Positions 27,631 through 37,064 of a DNA stretch of 64,000 nt are shown piece after piece. The translations under genes and the position numbers were made by a program. The DNA comes from Candidatus Fermentibacterota bacterium (lineage in GTDB: Bacteria > Fermentibacterota > Fermentibacteria > Fermentibacterales > JCC-6), in NCBI GenBank assembly GCA_963845085.1, contig CAWJQI010000004.1:512001-576000 (forward strand), written 5' to 3'. Below the pieces are notes generated by a model that was given only the letters and a program-made list of their open reading frames with translations, searched no databases and was not told the DNA's origin. Numbering within the stretch: the first letter of the stretch is position 1; the number at the start of each line of letters is the position of its first letter.

Positions 27631-28808
27631 CGCGGTCCTGCAAGGGGGCCGTGCACCGGAACCATCACCGCGAACCAGACGGATGCCAGGCATAGAAGCG
27701 GGCCTGTCCTCCTTCTTATCGAGGGCACAGCCAGACCGGTAACGAAACCGGCCGGCATGAGAAGGACGAGGATCGCGCTCAGTATCTTGAGCGGACCGGC
27801 AAACCATCCGTCCCGGGGAAGACCGAGGTATCTCAGCGTGTTTCCCACACCCGTCGAGAAGAAGCGCGGCCAGCTCGCGATATGGGGAAGGATCACCGCC
27901 CAGGGATCGCTCCGGAAGCCTTCCAGCGCCATTTCCCGGTAAATCGCGCTCCTGACGCCGTAATCCACGCGCCCGTTCCTCATTGAGAGGGCGTTGACGC
28001 TGTCCTTCACTTCGGTCACGAACTCCAGCTGCGTGGCTCTTCCACTGAGCACCCATATCCTCCCGGCCTGTTCGTACCCGTCCTGAGCGGAGATCGAGTC
28101 AAGCCCGAAGGCTTCACGGTTGTGATGGAGGAGGAACTGCGGACCCGCCGAGTGAACTGCAAGGAGCACCAGAATGGACAGGATCCTGTCAATGAGGGGC
28201 CTTTTTCCGGTAGCGAAAACAAGAACGGTGTAGACCAGGGGGGCAAACATGTAGACCGGCTTGATGAGGGTGCCCACTGCACAGGTTACACCGATCAGAG
28301 CGTACAGCCCGATCAGTTTCCGTGGATCGCGCACCGCCGCGGCCCGCAGCCAGAGAAAGCCGCCTGCTGCTGTCATCAGTGCAAGAAGGGTGTCTGGAAG
28401 GATCCTGACGGACGTGATGAGAGATGCGGGAAGAAGGAGGTAGTAGGCCGACGCCAGCCACGGCTTCCCGCACGCGGAGGCAGGGACCATCAAGCCGATC
28501 AGCAGCGCGGTGGCAAGATCGGAAAGCTGCTGGAGGAGCACCGGGGCAAGCGCGCTCTCCCCGGGCTCGGGGGAGGTCAGTGCAAGAAAAACCGGATAGG
28601 CTGGGGTTCGGGTTGATACGCTGTCCTGCGTCCCGTCGGAAACATCCCGGGAGAAGGCAAGGTACCCGTGCGAATCGGGATCAAGCGTCCATGAGGTCCA
28701 TTCCTGCAGGTCGCCGAAACCCCAGACCATCAGCACGGCTGAGACTTTGAACAGGGCTGCCACGGCCAGAACCGTCAACCAGGAGGCATTTCTGATGGGA
28801 GTGGTCAC
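27522..28808 (-). CDS. GT-C fold integral membrane glycosyltransferase, paralog of the preceding gene
   Basis: DSHGY, RTPAYPVFL, ILPD, LIKP, GPRYGL. GTG 28808 overlaps the upstream stop; the longer ORF-track extension lies over another gene. Confidence 0.7.
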   Translation of the reverse strand: MTTPIRNASWLTVLAVAALFKVSAVLMVWGFGDLQEWTSWTLDPDSHGYLAFSRDVSDGTQDSVSTRTPAYPVFLALTSPEPGESALAPVLLQQLSDLATALLIGLMVPASACGKPWLASAYYLLLPASLITSVRILPDTLLALMTAAGGFLWLRAAAVRDPRKLIGLYALIGVTCAVGTLIKPVYMFAPLVYTVLVFATGKRPLIDRILSILVLLAVHSAGPQFLLHHNREAFGLDSISAQDGYEQAGRIWVLSGRATQLEFVTEVKDSVNALSMRNGRVDYGVRSAIYREMALEGFRSDPWAVILPHIASWPRFFSTGVGNTLRYLGLPRDGWFAGPLKILSAILVLLMPAGFVTGLAVPSIRRRTGPLLCLASVWFAVMVPVHGPLAGPRYGLTFFPVLAAAAISSLCMAAVLLARRSRPGSVAP

Positions 28809-30118
28809 TTCGGATCCCCGATCACCGGCGCATCGCCCTGACCGGGCTCGACAGAACCGGTCTGAGCCCTTCCGGGCATCAGGCTTCTGAACTTGTAACA
28901 CCTGCAGAATGCGCCGAGGCTGAAAAAGGTGAACGACCCCCGTCGGAGCAGTGTGTCGCCGCCGATGCTCACAATGAGTATGGCAATAGTGCCGAGAACG
29001 GCCACATAGCCGATGTCCTCGACAAGGGAACCGGTGAACTTGAGCCTTATGCCCCTGAGGCAGCGGAACACGAAAACGAAGTAGATGATTACGCCGACCA
29101 GACCGGTTTCCATGAGAAGCAGTGCGAAACCGCTGTGCGCGGCGAGCGAGTATCCCATGGTTCCGGTATGCTCCTGACGGTAGGTTGACCATGATTCGAT
29201 CCCCCAGCCGAAAAGCGGCCTTTCACTGAAGCCGTCGAGTGCGATCCGGATGTTTTCGAGCCGCATGCCGGCATCGGGATTCTCCTGAAGGGTTCCGGTC
29301 TGAGCTGCGGATGAAAGCTGCTGTATGCGGGAAACCATTCTCTCGGTCTGCGTATTCTCGGGCAGCAGCGAGAATGCAAGCACTCCGAGTGCAGCCATCA
29401 GGGCGGTCCACCAGACCTTTCTTCTGTAGAAGGCAAGGATGAATACGTAGGCGGCTGTCGGCGTTCTTGCACCCGTCAGGAAGGTGGCCAGTGTGAGGAA
29501 GGCAAGGCCGGCAAGTGTGAACAGCTTCGAGCGGATCTTCTTCAGCGCATGGAAGAGCATCAGCACCATGGGCAGCATGAGAAGCCCGCTGCTGGCGGGA
29601 AGCTGGTAGTGAGGCACAGGGCCGAAAAAGCTCATCCCGGAGAAGAACGGAACCCAGGCCGGCATGTACGTGAAGATGTTGAACAGAAGCCCCGCCCCCA
29701 TTGAGACGAGAAACCAGATTATCTGCCGGCGCGTGCCGTTCAGAAGCGATGCGACGCAGAGAAGGAAGAAACCGAAATTGCCGACGTGCTCGAAAACGAT
29801 CTTGAAGCTCAGGACCCCGCTCAGTATTACGTGCGAGAAAACGATGTACAGGGCCAGCGTGAGCGTCGATGCCAGGATGCGCGTTGCTTTCAGAAGGGCG
29901 AGGGCATGCAGCACCGCCTTGTCTGACACAATGAGCAGAAGGAAGGCAAGATACGAGCGCATCCCCGAGCCGAGGATGGGAACCTCGAACTGGATCCCGC
30001 CCATTGTCATGAAGACGAGGATGTTGAACAGGATGAGCCTGGATCTGGACGACCCCTTTGAGGAAAGGGTCAGGAGGAGGATCGCAGCGATAAAGAAGTT
30101 GAAAAGAATGCCTGACAC
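28805..30118 (-). CDS. O-antigen ligase/polymerase family membrane protein (Wzy_C)
   Basis: LTGART, periplasmic loop with R...ERPLFGWG, AHS...LLMETGLVG; many TM helices. Confidence 0.82.
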   Translation of the reverse strand: MSGILFNFFIAAILLLTLSSKGSSRSRLILFNILVFMTMGGIQFEVPILGSGMRSYLAFLLLIVSDKAVLHALALLKATRILASTLTLALYIVFSHVILSGVLSFKIVFEHVGNFGFFLLCVASLLNGTRRQIIWFLVSMGAGLLFNIFTYMPAWVPFFSGMSFFGPVPHYQLPASSGLLMLPMVLMLFHALKKIRSKLFTLAGLAFLTLATFLTGARTPTAAYVFILAFYRRKVWWTALMAALGVLAFSLLPENTQTERMVSRIQQLSSAAQTGTLQENPDAGMRLENIRIALDGFSERPLFGWGIESWSTYRQEHTGTMGYSLAAHSGFALLLMETGLVGVIIYFVFVFRCLRGIRLKFTGSLVEDIGYVAVLGTIAILIVSIGGDTLLRRGSFTFFSLGAFCRCYKFRSLMPGRAQTGSVEPGQGDAPVIGDPK

Positions 30119-30131
30119 CGGTTCACGCCGC

Positions 30132-31229
30132 TCAATTCCCGGGGAAGCAGTTCAGCCGGGACATCATTATGGAGGCCACGACTTCCGACACATCCTTCCT
30201 CAGGTACTCGGCGGGAGGGGTCCAGGTTCGCGGCGAGTTCATGGCTTTCCGGACACACCTCGCCACATGTCCGGGCTCGACGCCTGAAAGGATGTTGCTG
30301 CCGCACTCGATGGTTTCAGGCCTTTCAGTCACATCCCTCAGTGTAACGTTTGCGGTCCTGAAGATGCAGCACTCCTCCTGGACGGTACCGCTGTCGGTCA
30401 GCACGCACGCGGCGTTCTTCTCGAGCCTTACGAAATCAAAGAAGCCGAACGGTTCATGGAACCTTATCAGGGGATTCCCGGGAAGCACGCCCAGAGAGGC
30501 AATTCTTGCCTTTGTGCGGGGGTGAACGCTCACGATCACCGGAAGCCCGTACTCGGCCTGGACCTGCGACAGGGATGCCAGTATGCCGAGGAGCCTTGAT
30601 TCGACGTCGACATTCTCAGCCCGGTGAGCGGTCACGAGGAAGTAGCCCCCGGTTTCCAGCCCGAGCTCCTCGATGATGCGGGACGAATCAATGGCCTCCG
30701 CATGCCGGGTTATCACCTCGAGTATGGGGTTCCCCGTGACGATGACCCTCTCCCCCGGAAATCCCTCCCGCAGAAGGTTCTCCCGGCTTCTTGCGGTGTA
30801 GGGCATAAGAACATCGCTGCAGGCATCCACGATCCGCCGGTTGACCTCTTCTGGAACCCTGTCGTCGAAGCACCTGTTCCCGGCTTCCATGTGGAAAACC
30901 GGGATGCCCATACGCTTCGCCATGTACACCGACAGAGCGCTGTTGGTGTCGCCCAGGACAAGGACGCGGTCGGGCCTCTCTTCACTGAAGACCTTCTCGC
31001 ACCCCTCGAGAATGCCGCCGACCTGGCGCCCGGGGCTCGATGTGTCCACCCCGAGGAACACGTCGGGCTTTCTGACACCCAGATCCCGGAAGAACACGTC
31101 GGAAAGACCGGGATCGGAGTTCTGCCCCGTGTGCACAAGCAGTTGCGTGCACAACCCGTCAAGCCTACCGATCAGCACGGAGAGCCTGATTATCTCAGGC
31201 CTTGTGCCGAGCACCGTCGCTATCTTCAC
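30132..31229 (-). CDS. Non-hydrolysing UDP-HexNAc 2-epimerase (FnlC/WbjD/QnlB-like)
   Basis: GTRPEIIR, HTGQN, LGDTNS, HMEAGNRCFD.RVPEE.NR, TDSGTVQEE, TERPE. Confidence 0.92.
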   Translation of the reverse strand: MKIATVLGTRPEIIRLSVLIGRLDGLCTQLLVHTGQNSDPGLSDVFFRDLGVRKPDVFLGVDTSSPGRQVGGILEGCEKVFSEERPDRVLVLGDTNSALSVYMAKRMGIPVFHMEAGNRCFDDRVPEEVNRRIVDACSDVLMPYTARSRENLLREGFPGERVIVTGNPILEVITRHAEAIDSSRIIEELGLETGGYFLVTAHRAENVDVESRLLGILASLSQVQAEYGLPVIVSVHPRTKARIASLGVLPGNPLIRFHEPFGFFDFVRLEKNAACVLTDSGTVQEECCIFRTANVTLRDVTERPETIECGSNILSGVEPGHVARCVRKAMNSPRTWTPPAEYLRKDVSEVVASIMMSRLNCFPGN

Positions 31230-32311
31230 CTCAGAAGCTCCCCGTCCCCGGACCCGGCCTGGTCGGGCATGAGCCCGTGCCTGCGCAGGAGGCCACCCAG
31301 CTGCTCCCGGCTCACGAGCGAATCCGCGGAGCTGTACTCCCTGCCGATGTACGGGCCTTCGGCCTCAGCTGCCCTTATTTCGGGCAGGATCGATCCAATC
31401 GCGTAGAAGTTCTTCCCCTTTTCGACGGTCCGGCCGGCTTCCTCCTCAGAAACAAGTATCTCGTGAATCTTCTCTCCGGGACGTATGCCGGTCGTAACGA
31501 TGGAGATCGGCCTGCCTTCGATAAGCACTTCGGCGAGGTCGATCATCCTTGCCGACGGAACCCTGGGAATCCAGGTCTCGCCCGGAACGCCATCCCGTAT
31601 CGCGGCGAAAACAGTGTCGACAGCATCATCGAGGCTCAAAAGGAACCTCGTCATGTCCCTCGTCGTTATCGTGACGGGACCGCCGGAACGGATCTGGCTG
31701 AGAAAAAGAGGGATGACCGAGCCCCTCGAAGCGAGCACATTCCCATAGCGCACACAGATGAACCTGGTGGACGGATTCCTCATGTTGCCCTGAAGGAAGA
31801 GCCTTTCCTGTATGGCTTTGGTCATGCCCATAACGTTTACGGGCTTGCAGGCCTTGTCGGTGGATATCCCGACTACGGTTTCAACGGGAAGCCTGTGCTC
31901 CCGTATGGCCCTTATGATGTTCTCGGGACCGGCGATGTTCGTCTGCACGGCCTCGAACGGAAAATACTCGCAGGTCGGGACCTGTTTCAGGGCGGCGGCG
32001 CTGAACACCACGTCGGCATCACCCAGAACCGAGGAGACGGAGTGAAAATCCCTCACGTCGCCAATTCGGAACTCGAGAAGCCTTCTGAAGTTTTCAAAGA
32101 TTATCTCATCGGTCGCCGCGAAGCGGTTGGCGTACGAGACGCGCATCTCGTGCTGTTTTGCCTCGTCGCGGGAGAAGACGATGACTTTTGAGGGCATGCC
32201 CATCTCGCCGGAGAGCAGCCTTCTGACAAGAACCTTTCCGAGAGAACCGGTGCCTCCCGTGACAAGCAGCCGTTTACCTTCGAACGGGGACATTCCATCC
32301 TCTCCATTCAT
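31226..32311 (-). CDS. UDP-GlcNAc 4,6-dehydratase/epimerase (FnlA/WbjB/CapE-like)
   Basis: TGGTGSLG, SRDEAKQ, AALKQVPTCEYFP, STDKA, RYGNV.ASRGSVIP, MTRF, GIRPGEK.HE. Confidence 0.92.
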   Translation of the reverse strand: MNGEDGMSPFEGKRLLVTGGTGSLGKVLVRRLLSGEMGMPSKVIVFSRDEAKQHEMRVSYANRFAATDEIIFENFRRLLEFRIGDVRDFHSVSSVLGDADVVFSAAALKQVPTCEYFPFEAVQTNIAGPENIIRAIREHRLPVETVVGISTDKACKPVNVMGMTKAIQERLFLQGNMRNPSTRFICVRYGNVLASRGSVIPLFLSQIRSGGPVTITTRDMTRFLLSLDDAVDTVFAAIRDGVPGETWIPRVPSARMIDLAEVLIEGRPISIVTTGIRPGEKIHEILVSEEEAGRTVEKGKNFYAIGSILPEIRAAEAEGPYIGREYSSADSLVSREQLGGLLRRHGLMPDQAGSGDGELLR

Positions 32312-33188
32312 CGTAGCGGTTCATATCGTCACCAAGTGACGCAATCATATCATCAAGCGAAGGAATTTCCATCCCGAGTACCGATCGGAACCTGTCGGAG
32401 CACAGGCTCCTGTTTTCGGCCGGTTCCGGAACGGGAACGACCTCGATACCCAGGCCGAGGGCAAGGCTGATCCGTTTCAGCAGGTCGCACTTGGATATCG
32501 GTTCGGACGCGACATGGTAAAGCCCCTCGGTCCAGGGGCGCTGCGATATGATCCAACCCGTGAGTTCAGACAGGGCACCTGTTGTCAGCCCGCTCCAGAT
32601 GGCGTTGCTGAACCCCCGGACCGAACCGTGCCGGTTGGAGAGGAACCACTCCAGAAGCCCGGTGGTCCGTTGCAGTTCCCTTCCTATTATCGATGTCCGG
32701 AGTGTCAGGCATCCCCGCGAAACGGGTTCTCCGAGTGCCTTTGACCTTCCGTACAAGTCTGTGGCGTCAGGTCTGTCCTTCTCCGTGTAACCGCCTGTTC
32801 CGCCTGAGAAAACGCAGTCCGTCCCTATGTGGATGAGCCAGATGTTCCGCTGTCTGCAGGCCTCGGCGAGCCTGTGCGGAAAGAGCGAATTCAGTTCGAT
32901 GGCCGCAACCGGATCCGACCCTTCCGGACGCTGCCTGATGACACCGATGCAGTTGATAACAGCCTCGGGGCCAACGCTATCCAGAGTGTCCGTCACGGTT
33001 TCAAACCTGCGGGCGTCCACACCGACCCGCAGCCTCCCTTCGACGAACCCTGAATAGAATGCCTGCGGAGCCGGCAGACCGCCTTCCCCGCCCCGGACCG
33101 ACGCGAATGTCTCGAAGCGTCCTGAAAGGACCTCCAGCATCCTGTGTCCAAGCATTCCGCTTCCGCCCAGAACAAGCAATCTCTTCAA
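32274..33188 (-). CDS. RmlD-like NDP-4-keto-6-deoxyhexose reductase (QnlA/WbvR-like)
   Basis: GGSGMLG, NCIGVI, NSLFPH, TDCVFSG, YGRSK, RTSIIG; TTG start after GGAGG. Confidence 0.85.
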   Translation of the reverse strand: MKRLLVLGGSGMLGHRMLEVLSGRFETFASVRGGEGGLPAPQAFYSGFVEGRLRVGVDARRFETVTDTLDSVGPEAVINCIGVIRQRPEGSDPVAAIELNSLFPHRLAEACRQRNIWLIHIGTDCVFSGGTGGYTEKDRPDATDLYGRSKALGEPVSRGCLTLRTSIIGRELQRTTGLLEWFLSNRHGSVRGFSNAIWSGLTTGALSELTGWIISQRPWTEGLYHVASEPISKCDLLKRISLALGLGIEVVPVPEPAENRSLCSDRFRSVLGMEIPSLDDMIASLGDDMNRYDEWRGWNVPVRR

Positions 33189-33307
33189 TGAGCCTCCCGG
33201 AGCCGCATGCGTTCGCGTGCAACGGCGCACCCTCGAATCAGAAGAGATTATATTGCAGCCCATGGGCATTGCATACCCCGCTCTTCCCCGGGAGGTTGTT
33301 TCCGCAA

Positions 33308-34528
33308 ATGAATCGAAGGCTCATTGCGATATCCTTCGCCTACCCTCCGGAAATGTCTGCAATGGCCATCCTCGTCTGGCGCCTGCTGCGCCACTCCGGC
33401 AGCAGGTTCAGCGTGGTTTGCGGCTCGAGGGGGGTGGCATCCGACCATGGCCTTGCGGGAATGGCGGGGGACGGGGCTGAAGAGGTCATCTACGTTCCGT
33501 TCCGGGAAAACCCCCTGCACCTGCTTGCCAGACGGGTTCTCAGCCGGACTCCCCTTGTCCGGATGCTTGAGATCCCTGACATATACAGGCCTTGGGTTCC
33601 CCGGGCCACAGCGGCGGCCCTGGCTTTAAAACCTGACAGATCCGACGTCCTTGTGACGTTCGCTTCTCCGATGAGCGATCACCTCGCCGGCCTCTCAATT
33701 CGACGGAACAACCCCGGCATCCCGTGGGTGGCCTACTTCGGAGACCCCTGGACCCGGAACCCGATGATAAAATCCGATACTGTCGCGCGTGCGGCGAACC
33801 GGCGCATGGAAAGGGCCGTCGTTCACGGCGCCGATCTTCTGGTGTTTCCATGCGAGGAGATGAGCATCCTCACACTGAGGGGTTACAACAGCTCGATCCA
33901 CGATAAATCAAGGGTTGTCTCTCATGGCTTCGAGGAGACCCTCTACCCCCCGGACAGGCATGCAGCATCCCCGAATGTTTTCACCATCAGGCACCTGGGC
34001 AGCCTCTACGGCTCTCGGACTCCCTCAGACCTCGGCGCTGCAATGCGGCTTCTTCAGAGTACGGCTCCGGGCGTCGCAGGCAGGATTCGCTTCGAGTTTT
34101 ACGGATACCACTCGTCCGCACCCGATGCCGCCGAGTATCCCCCTGACACCTTCAGCTTCCATCCCGCAGTGGGGTATCTCGAGAGCCTTGATCTTATGCG
34201 GACGGCGGATGCCCTTCTTGTGATCACCCCAACCGAGGCCGATTCCGGTGCGTTCCTCCCGTCAAAGCTTATAGACTACACCGGCGCCCGAAGGCCGATC
34301 ATCGGGATCTGTCGTCCGGGGGTCTGCACGACTCTCATAAAAAATCTTGGCGGCTGGGTTTCCGGGGCAGGCGATCCAGCTAAACTGGCCGGGAATCTTG
34401 GAGAGCTCGTCGCCTTTCTTTCAACGGAGGAGGGCAACCGGCCGTGGGGGGACGAATCCGTCAGAGCCGGGTACACCGCTGAAAAGGCTGGCCGGGTCTT
34501 TGCCGGGTTCATCGAGGAGCTTCTCTGA
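33308..34528 (+). CDS. GT4-like glycosyltransferase
   Basis: YPP, PDIYRPW, FGDPW, HLGSLYG.R, PSKLIDY; GGAGG RBS. Confidence 0.82.
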   Translation: MNRRLIAISFAYPPEMSAMAILVWRLLRHSGSRFSVVCGSRGVASDHGLAGMAGDGAEEVIYVPFRENPLHLLARRVLSRTPLVRMLEIPDIYRPWVPRATAAALALKPDRSDVLVTFASPMSDHLAGLSIRRNNPGIPWVAYFGDPWTRNPMIKSDTVARAANRRMERAVVHGADLLVFPCEEMSILTLRGYNSSIHDKSRVVSHGFEETLYPPDRHAASPNVFTIRHLGSLYGSRTPSDLGAAMRLLQSTAPGVAGRIRFEFYGYHSSAPDAAEYPPDTFSFHPAVGYLESLDLMRTADALLVITPTEADSGAFLPSKLIDYTGARRPIIGICRPGVCTTLIKNLGGWVSGAGDPAKLAGNLGELVAFLSTEEGNRPWGDESVRAGYTAEKAGRVFAGFIEELL

Positions 34529-35937
34529 AAGCGAACAGACCGGCAGGCGCCGTTGCGCCGGGCCACACATCCCCGCACCGAAGCATTGCGGTCACGTTCA
34601 CGGGGAACGTGCTCGCGTTTCTTGCCGCGCTCGCGGGAGGCATGATCACCGCAAGGGCACTGGGCCCCGCCGGACGGGGAGCTTTCGCTCTTCTGCACAC
34701 CACGCCCGATCTCATAACGAGCTTCGTGCTTCTTGGAATAGTGCAGACAAACGTCTGCTTCGTGTCGCAGGGAATACTGCCTGTCCGCAGGATGCTGGGC
34801 GTTTCCACTGCGGCCGCACTTTTTCAGTCAGCCGCCGGATTCCTGCTCTTTGCGGTCGCCGCTCTTTTCTGGAAAGAGCAGTTCTTCGGGAATTCGGGGC
34901 TTCCTCTCGTTGCCATGTCGGCGGCGCTGATACCACTGGGAATTTTCCAGGCACACTGGTCGTCCCTCCTGGGCGCCCTGAAGCAGTTCACCCGGCTGGC
35001 ATTCCTTCGTGCAATGGCTCCGTTCCTTCTGGTCCTGGGATACATCCTTCTTCTTGTGGTATTCAGGCTGGGCGTGAGCGGAGGCCTTATGGCCGTACTG
35101 CTTTCCTCGGCGGTCGTTGTTTCACTGATGCTCACAAGTCTGGGCCGCTATGCCGGGCGCAGGCGGAACACCCCTGACACCCCTGCGGAAGGCTTGTGCG
35201 ACGGGTTCTGGAAGAGGTACCTGACCTACGGGATCAAGCTTCATGCATCTGCGCTCATGTGGTTTCTGATCATCAAGGTCGACATCTACATGATCAAGTA
35301 CTTCCTCGACATCGAATCCGTAGGCTACTTCGCCCTTGCGTCGAGCCTCGCGGAGAAGCTGTGGCTGGTCACCACGTCGGCCAACACGGTGCTCCTTCCC
35401 TCGCTCGCCTCCATAGCCGATCCGCGGGAGAGGGCCATAATGGCAGCGAAGGCTTCGCGCCAGATCACGATCGTACTGCTTCCGTTCTTCCTTCTCGGAA
35501 TCTTTCTGGGCAGGCCGCTGATCATGATCCTCTACGGGGCGGAGTTCGAACCGTCAGCCGTCCCCTTCGTGATACTCCTGGGATCAACCCTTGTCCAGGC
35601 TCACAGATCGATCACTGCGAGCTTTTTCGAAAGCTCGGATCTGGCCCTTCTGAACGTCGCGACAAGGGCTGCGGCATTTCTGCTGAAGGTCATTCTGAAC
35701 GTGCTTCTGATCCCGGCGCTTCTCATGCAGGGAGCGGCCCTTTCGAGCCTCGTGGCATACTCGTTCGAATGGTATCTGGGAACCAGGGTGTTCCTCCGGC
35801 GAAACGGTCTGGGATGGAGGGATTCGATACCGGCCGCCCCCGATGCGGTGACGGTTTTCAGGAAGCTTTCTGACCTGCTGCACAACCCTCTCCGAACTGA
35901 CGCCGTCACCCCCTTCGACAAGGATGGGCTTCCGTGA
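34525..35937 (+). CDS. wzx: Wzx-type polysaccharide flippase
   Basis: ARALGPAGRG, KVDIYMI, VGYFALA, ILYGAEF, LNVLLIP...GAA. Frame open back to CTG 34525 (ORF track starts at GTG 34609). Confidence 0.82.
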   Translation: MKANRPAGAVAPGHTSPHRSIAVTFTGNVLAFLAALAGGMITARALGPAGRGAFALLHTTPDLITSFVLLGIVQTNVCFVSQGILPVRRMLGVSTAAALFQSAAGFLLFAVAALFWKEQFFGNSGLPLVAMSAALIPLGIFQAHWSSLLGALKQFTRLAFLRAMAPFLLVLGYILLLVVFRLGVSGGLMAVLLSSAVVVSLMLTSLGRYAGRRRNTPDTPAEGLCDGFWKRYLTYGIKLHASALMWFLIIKVDIYMIKYFLDIESVGYFALASSLAEKLWLVTTSANTVLLPSLASIADPRERAIMAAKASRQITIVLLPFFLLGIFLGRPLIMILYGAEFEPSAVPFVILLGSTLVQAHRSITASFFESSDLALLNVATRAAAFLLKVILNVLLIPALLMQGAALSSLVAYSFEWYLGTRVFLRRNGLGWRDSIPAAPDAVTVFRKLSDLLHNPLRTDAVTPFDKDGLP

Positions 35938-37064
35938 AAGGTTCGGTCTGCTTCGTGGGCGGAGGGGTCAGAACACTGCTCGGGCTTCCCGACGGCGGTT
36001 CGGAACGGCAGATCGCACTGCTTGCGACCGAGCTTTCCAGAAGGGGCAGCAGGGTGAGCCTCGTGGTACCCGGTCTTCGTGAGGAATGCCGGATCGGCGG
36101 CATTGATGTGCGTTCCGGCTGGAACGGGGAGAAAGGCTGGCCGAAGGGGCTGCGTTTCTGGACGCACAGGCTGCCGGAACTGAAACGCACCATCGGGGGC
36201 ATTGAGCCCGATCTGCTCTACACAAGGGGTTTCTCGCTGTTCGCACCCGCTGTGGCTTCGGTTTCCGGAAGAACAGGGGCGACCTATCTTGCGGCGCTTG
36301 CCTGCGATGACGACCTTCGGACAAGGGCCCTGAGCCGGACCAGAGGGTTTGTTCAGAGCGCGGGCTACGGCTTCATGGCGAGAGCCCTGTTCAAGCGGTT
36401 CGCCCTCGGAAGGGCTGACCTTGTCCTTTCGCAGCATGGTGGCCAGGCCAGCGAATGCCGGAGGATGAAACTCCCTTCGCGCATCGTACGAAATGTTTTC
36501 GCACCTCCTGCGGTCATCCCTCCGGACCGTACGGTGTTCGACGCCGCCTGGGTCGGCCACATCTCCGAATTCAAGGGATTCGACAGGCTGCTCGACATTG
36601 CTGGCCGGGCGCGGGGATTGAAGATCGCCGTGGCCGGCGCGGTACAGGGCGGGCGCAACAACCGGCTCGTGGAACTCGCGCGCACGATTCCCGGCATTTC
36701 ATACCTCGGCGAGATGCCTCACGACGGGGTGCTTGCGCTCATGGCCGGCTCGTCCGTTCTTCTCAACACATCTCCAACCGAGGGTTTTCCAAACACATTC
36801 CTCGAAGCCTGGTATCTTGGAAAACCCGTCGTGAGCCTCTCGGCTGATCCGGACGGGGTTCTTTCGAGCGACGCGCCCCCGGGTCTCTGTGGAGGGGGCG
36901 ATACAGGGGCGACTGCGGATGCCCTTGTCCGGCTGTGCGGCGATCGTGAAAAAAGGATGGAAATGGGCGGGAGGGGCAGGTCCATTGTCGAGAGGGATCA
37001 CCTCGTCGCAGCGGTCGTCGACTCTCTCGAAGAGGCCTTTCTATCATCATCCGGTTCCACATAG
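35934..37064 (+). CDS. GT4 glycosyltransferase
   Basis: GGSERQ, KG, EGFPNTFLEAW (ExF..E). Confidence 0.88.
   Translation: MKGSVCFVGGGVRTLLGLPDGGSERQIALLATELSRRGSRVSLVVPGLREECRIGGIDVRSGWNGEKGWPKGLRFWTHRLPELKRTIGGIEPDLLYTRGFSLFAPAVASVSGRTGATYLAALACDDDLRTRALSRTRGFVQSAGYGFMARALFKRFALGRADLVLSQHGGQASECRRMKLPSRIVRNVFAPPAVIPPDRTVFDAAWVGHISEFKGFDRLLDIAGRARGLKIAVAGAVQGGRNNRLVELARTIPGISYLGEMPHDGVLALMAGSSVLLNTSPTEGFPNTFLEAWYLGKPVVSLSADPDGVLSSDAPPGLCGGGDTGATADALVRLCGDREKRMEMGGRGRSIVERDHLVAAVVDSLEEAFLSSSGST

Noticed and set aside
26545..28056. 503-aa minus-strand ORF
   Set aside because: Overlaps both GT-C genes; Arg/Pro/Gly-rich composition typical of non-coding frames.
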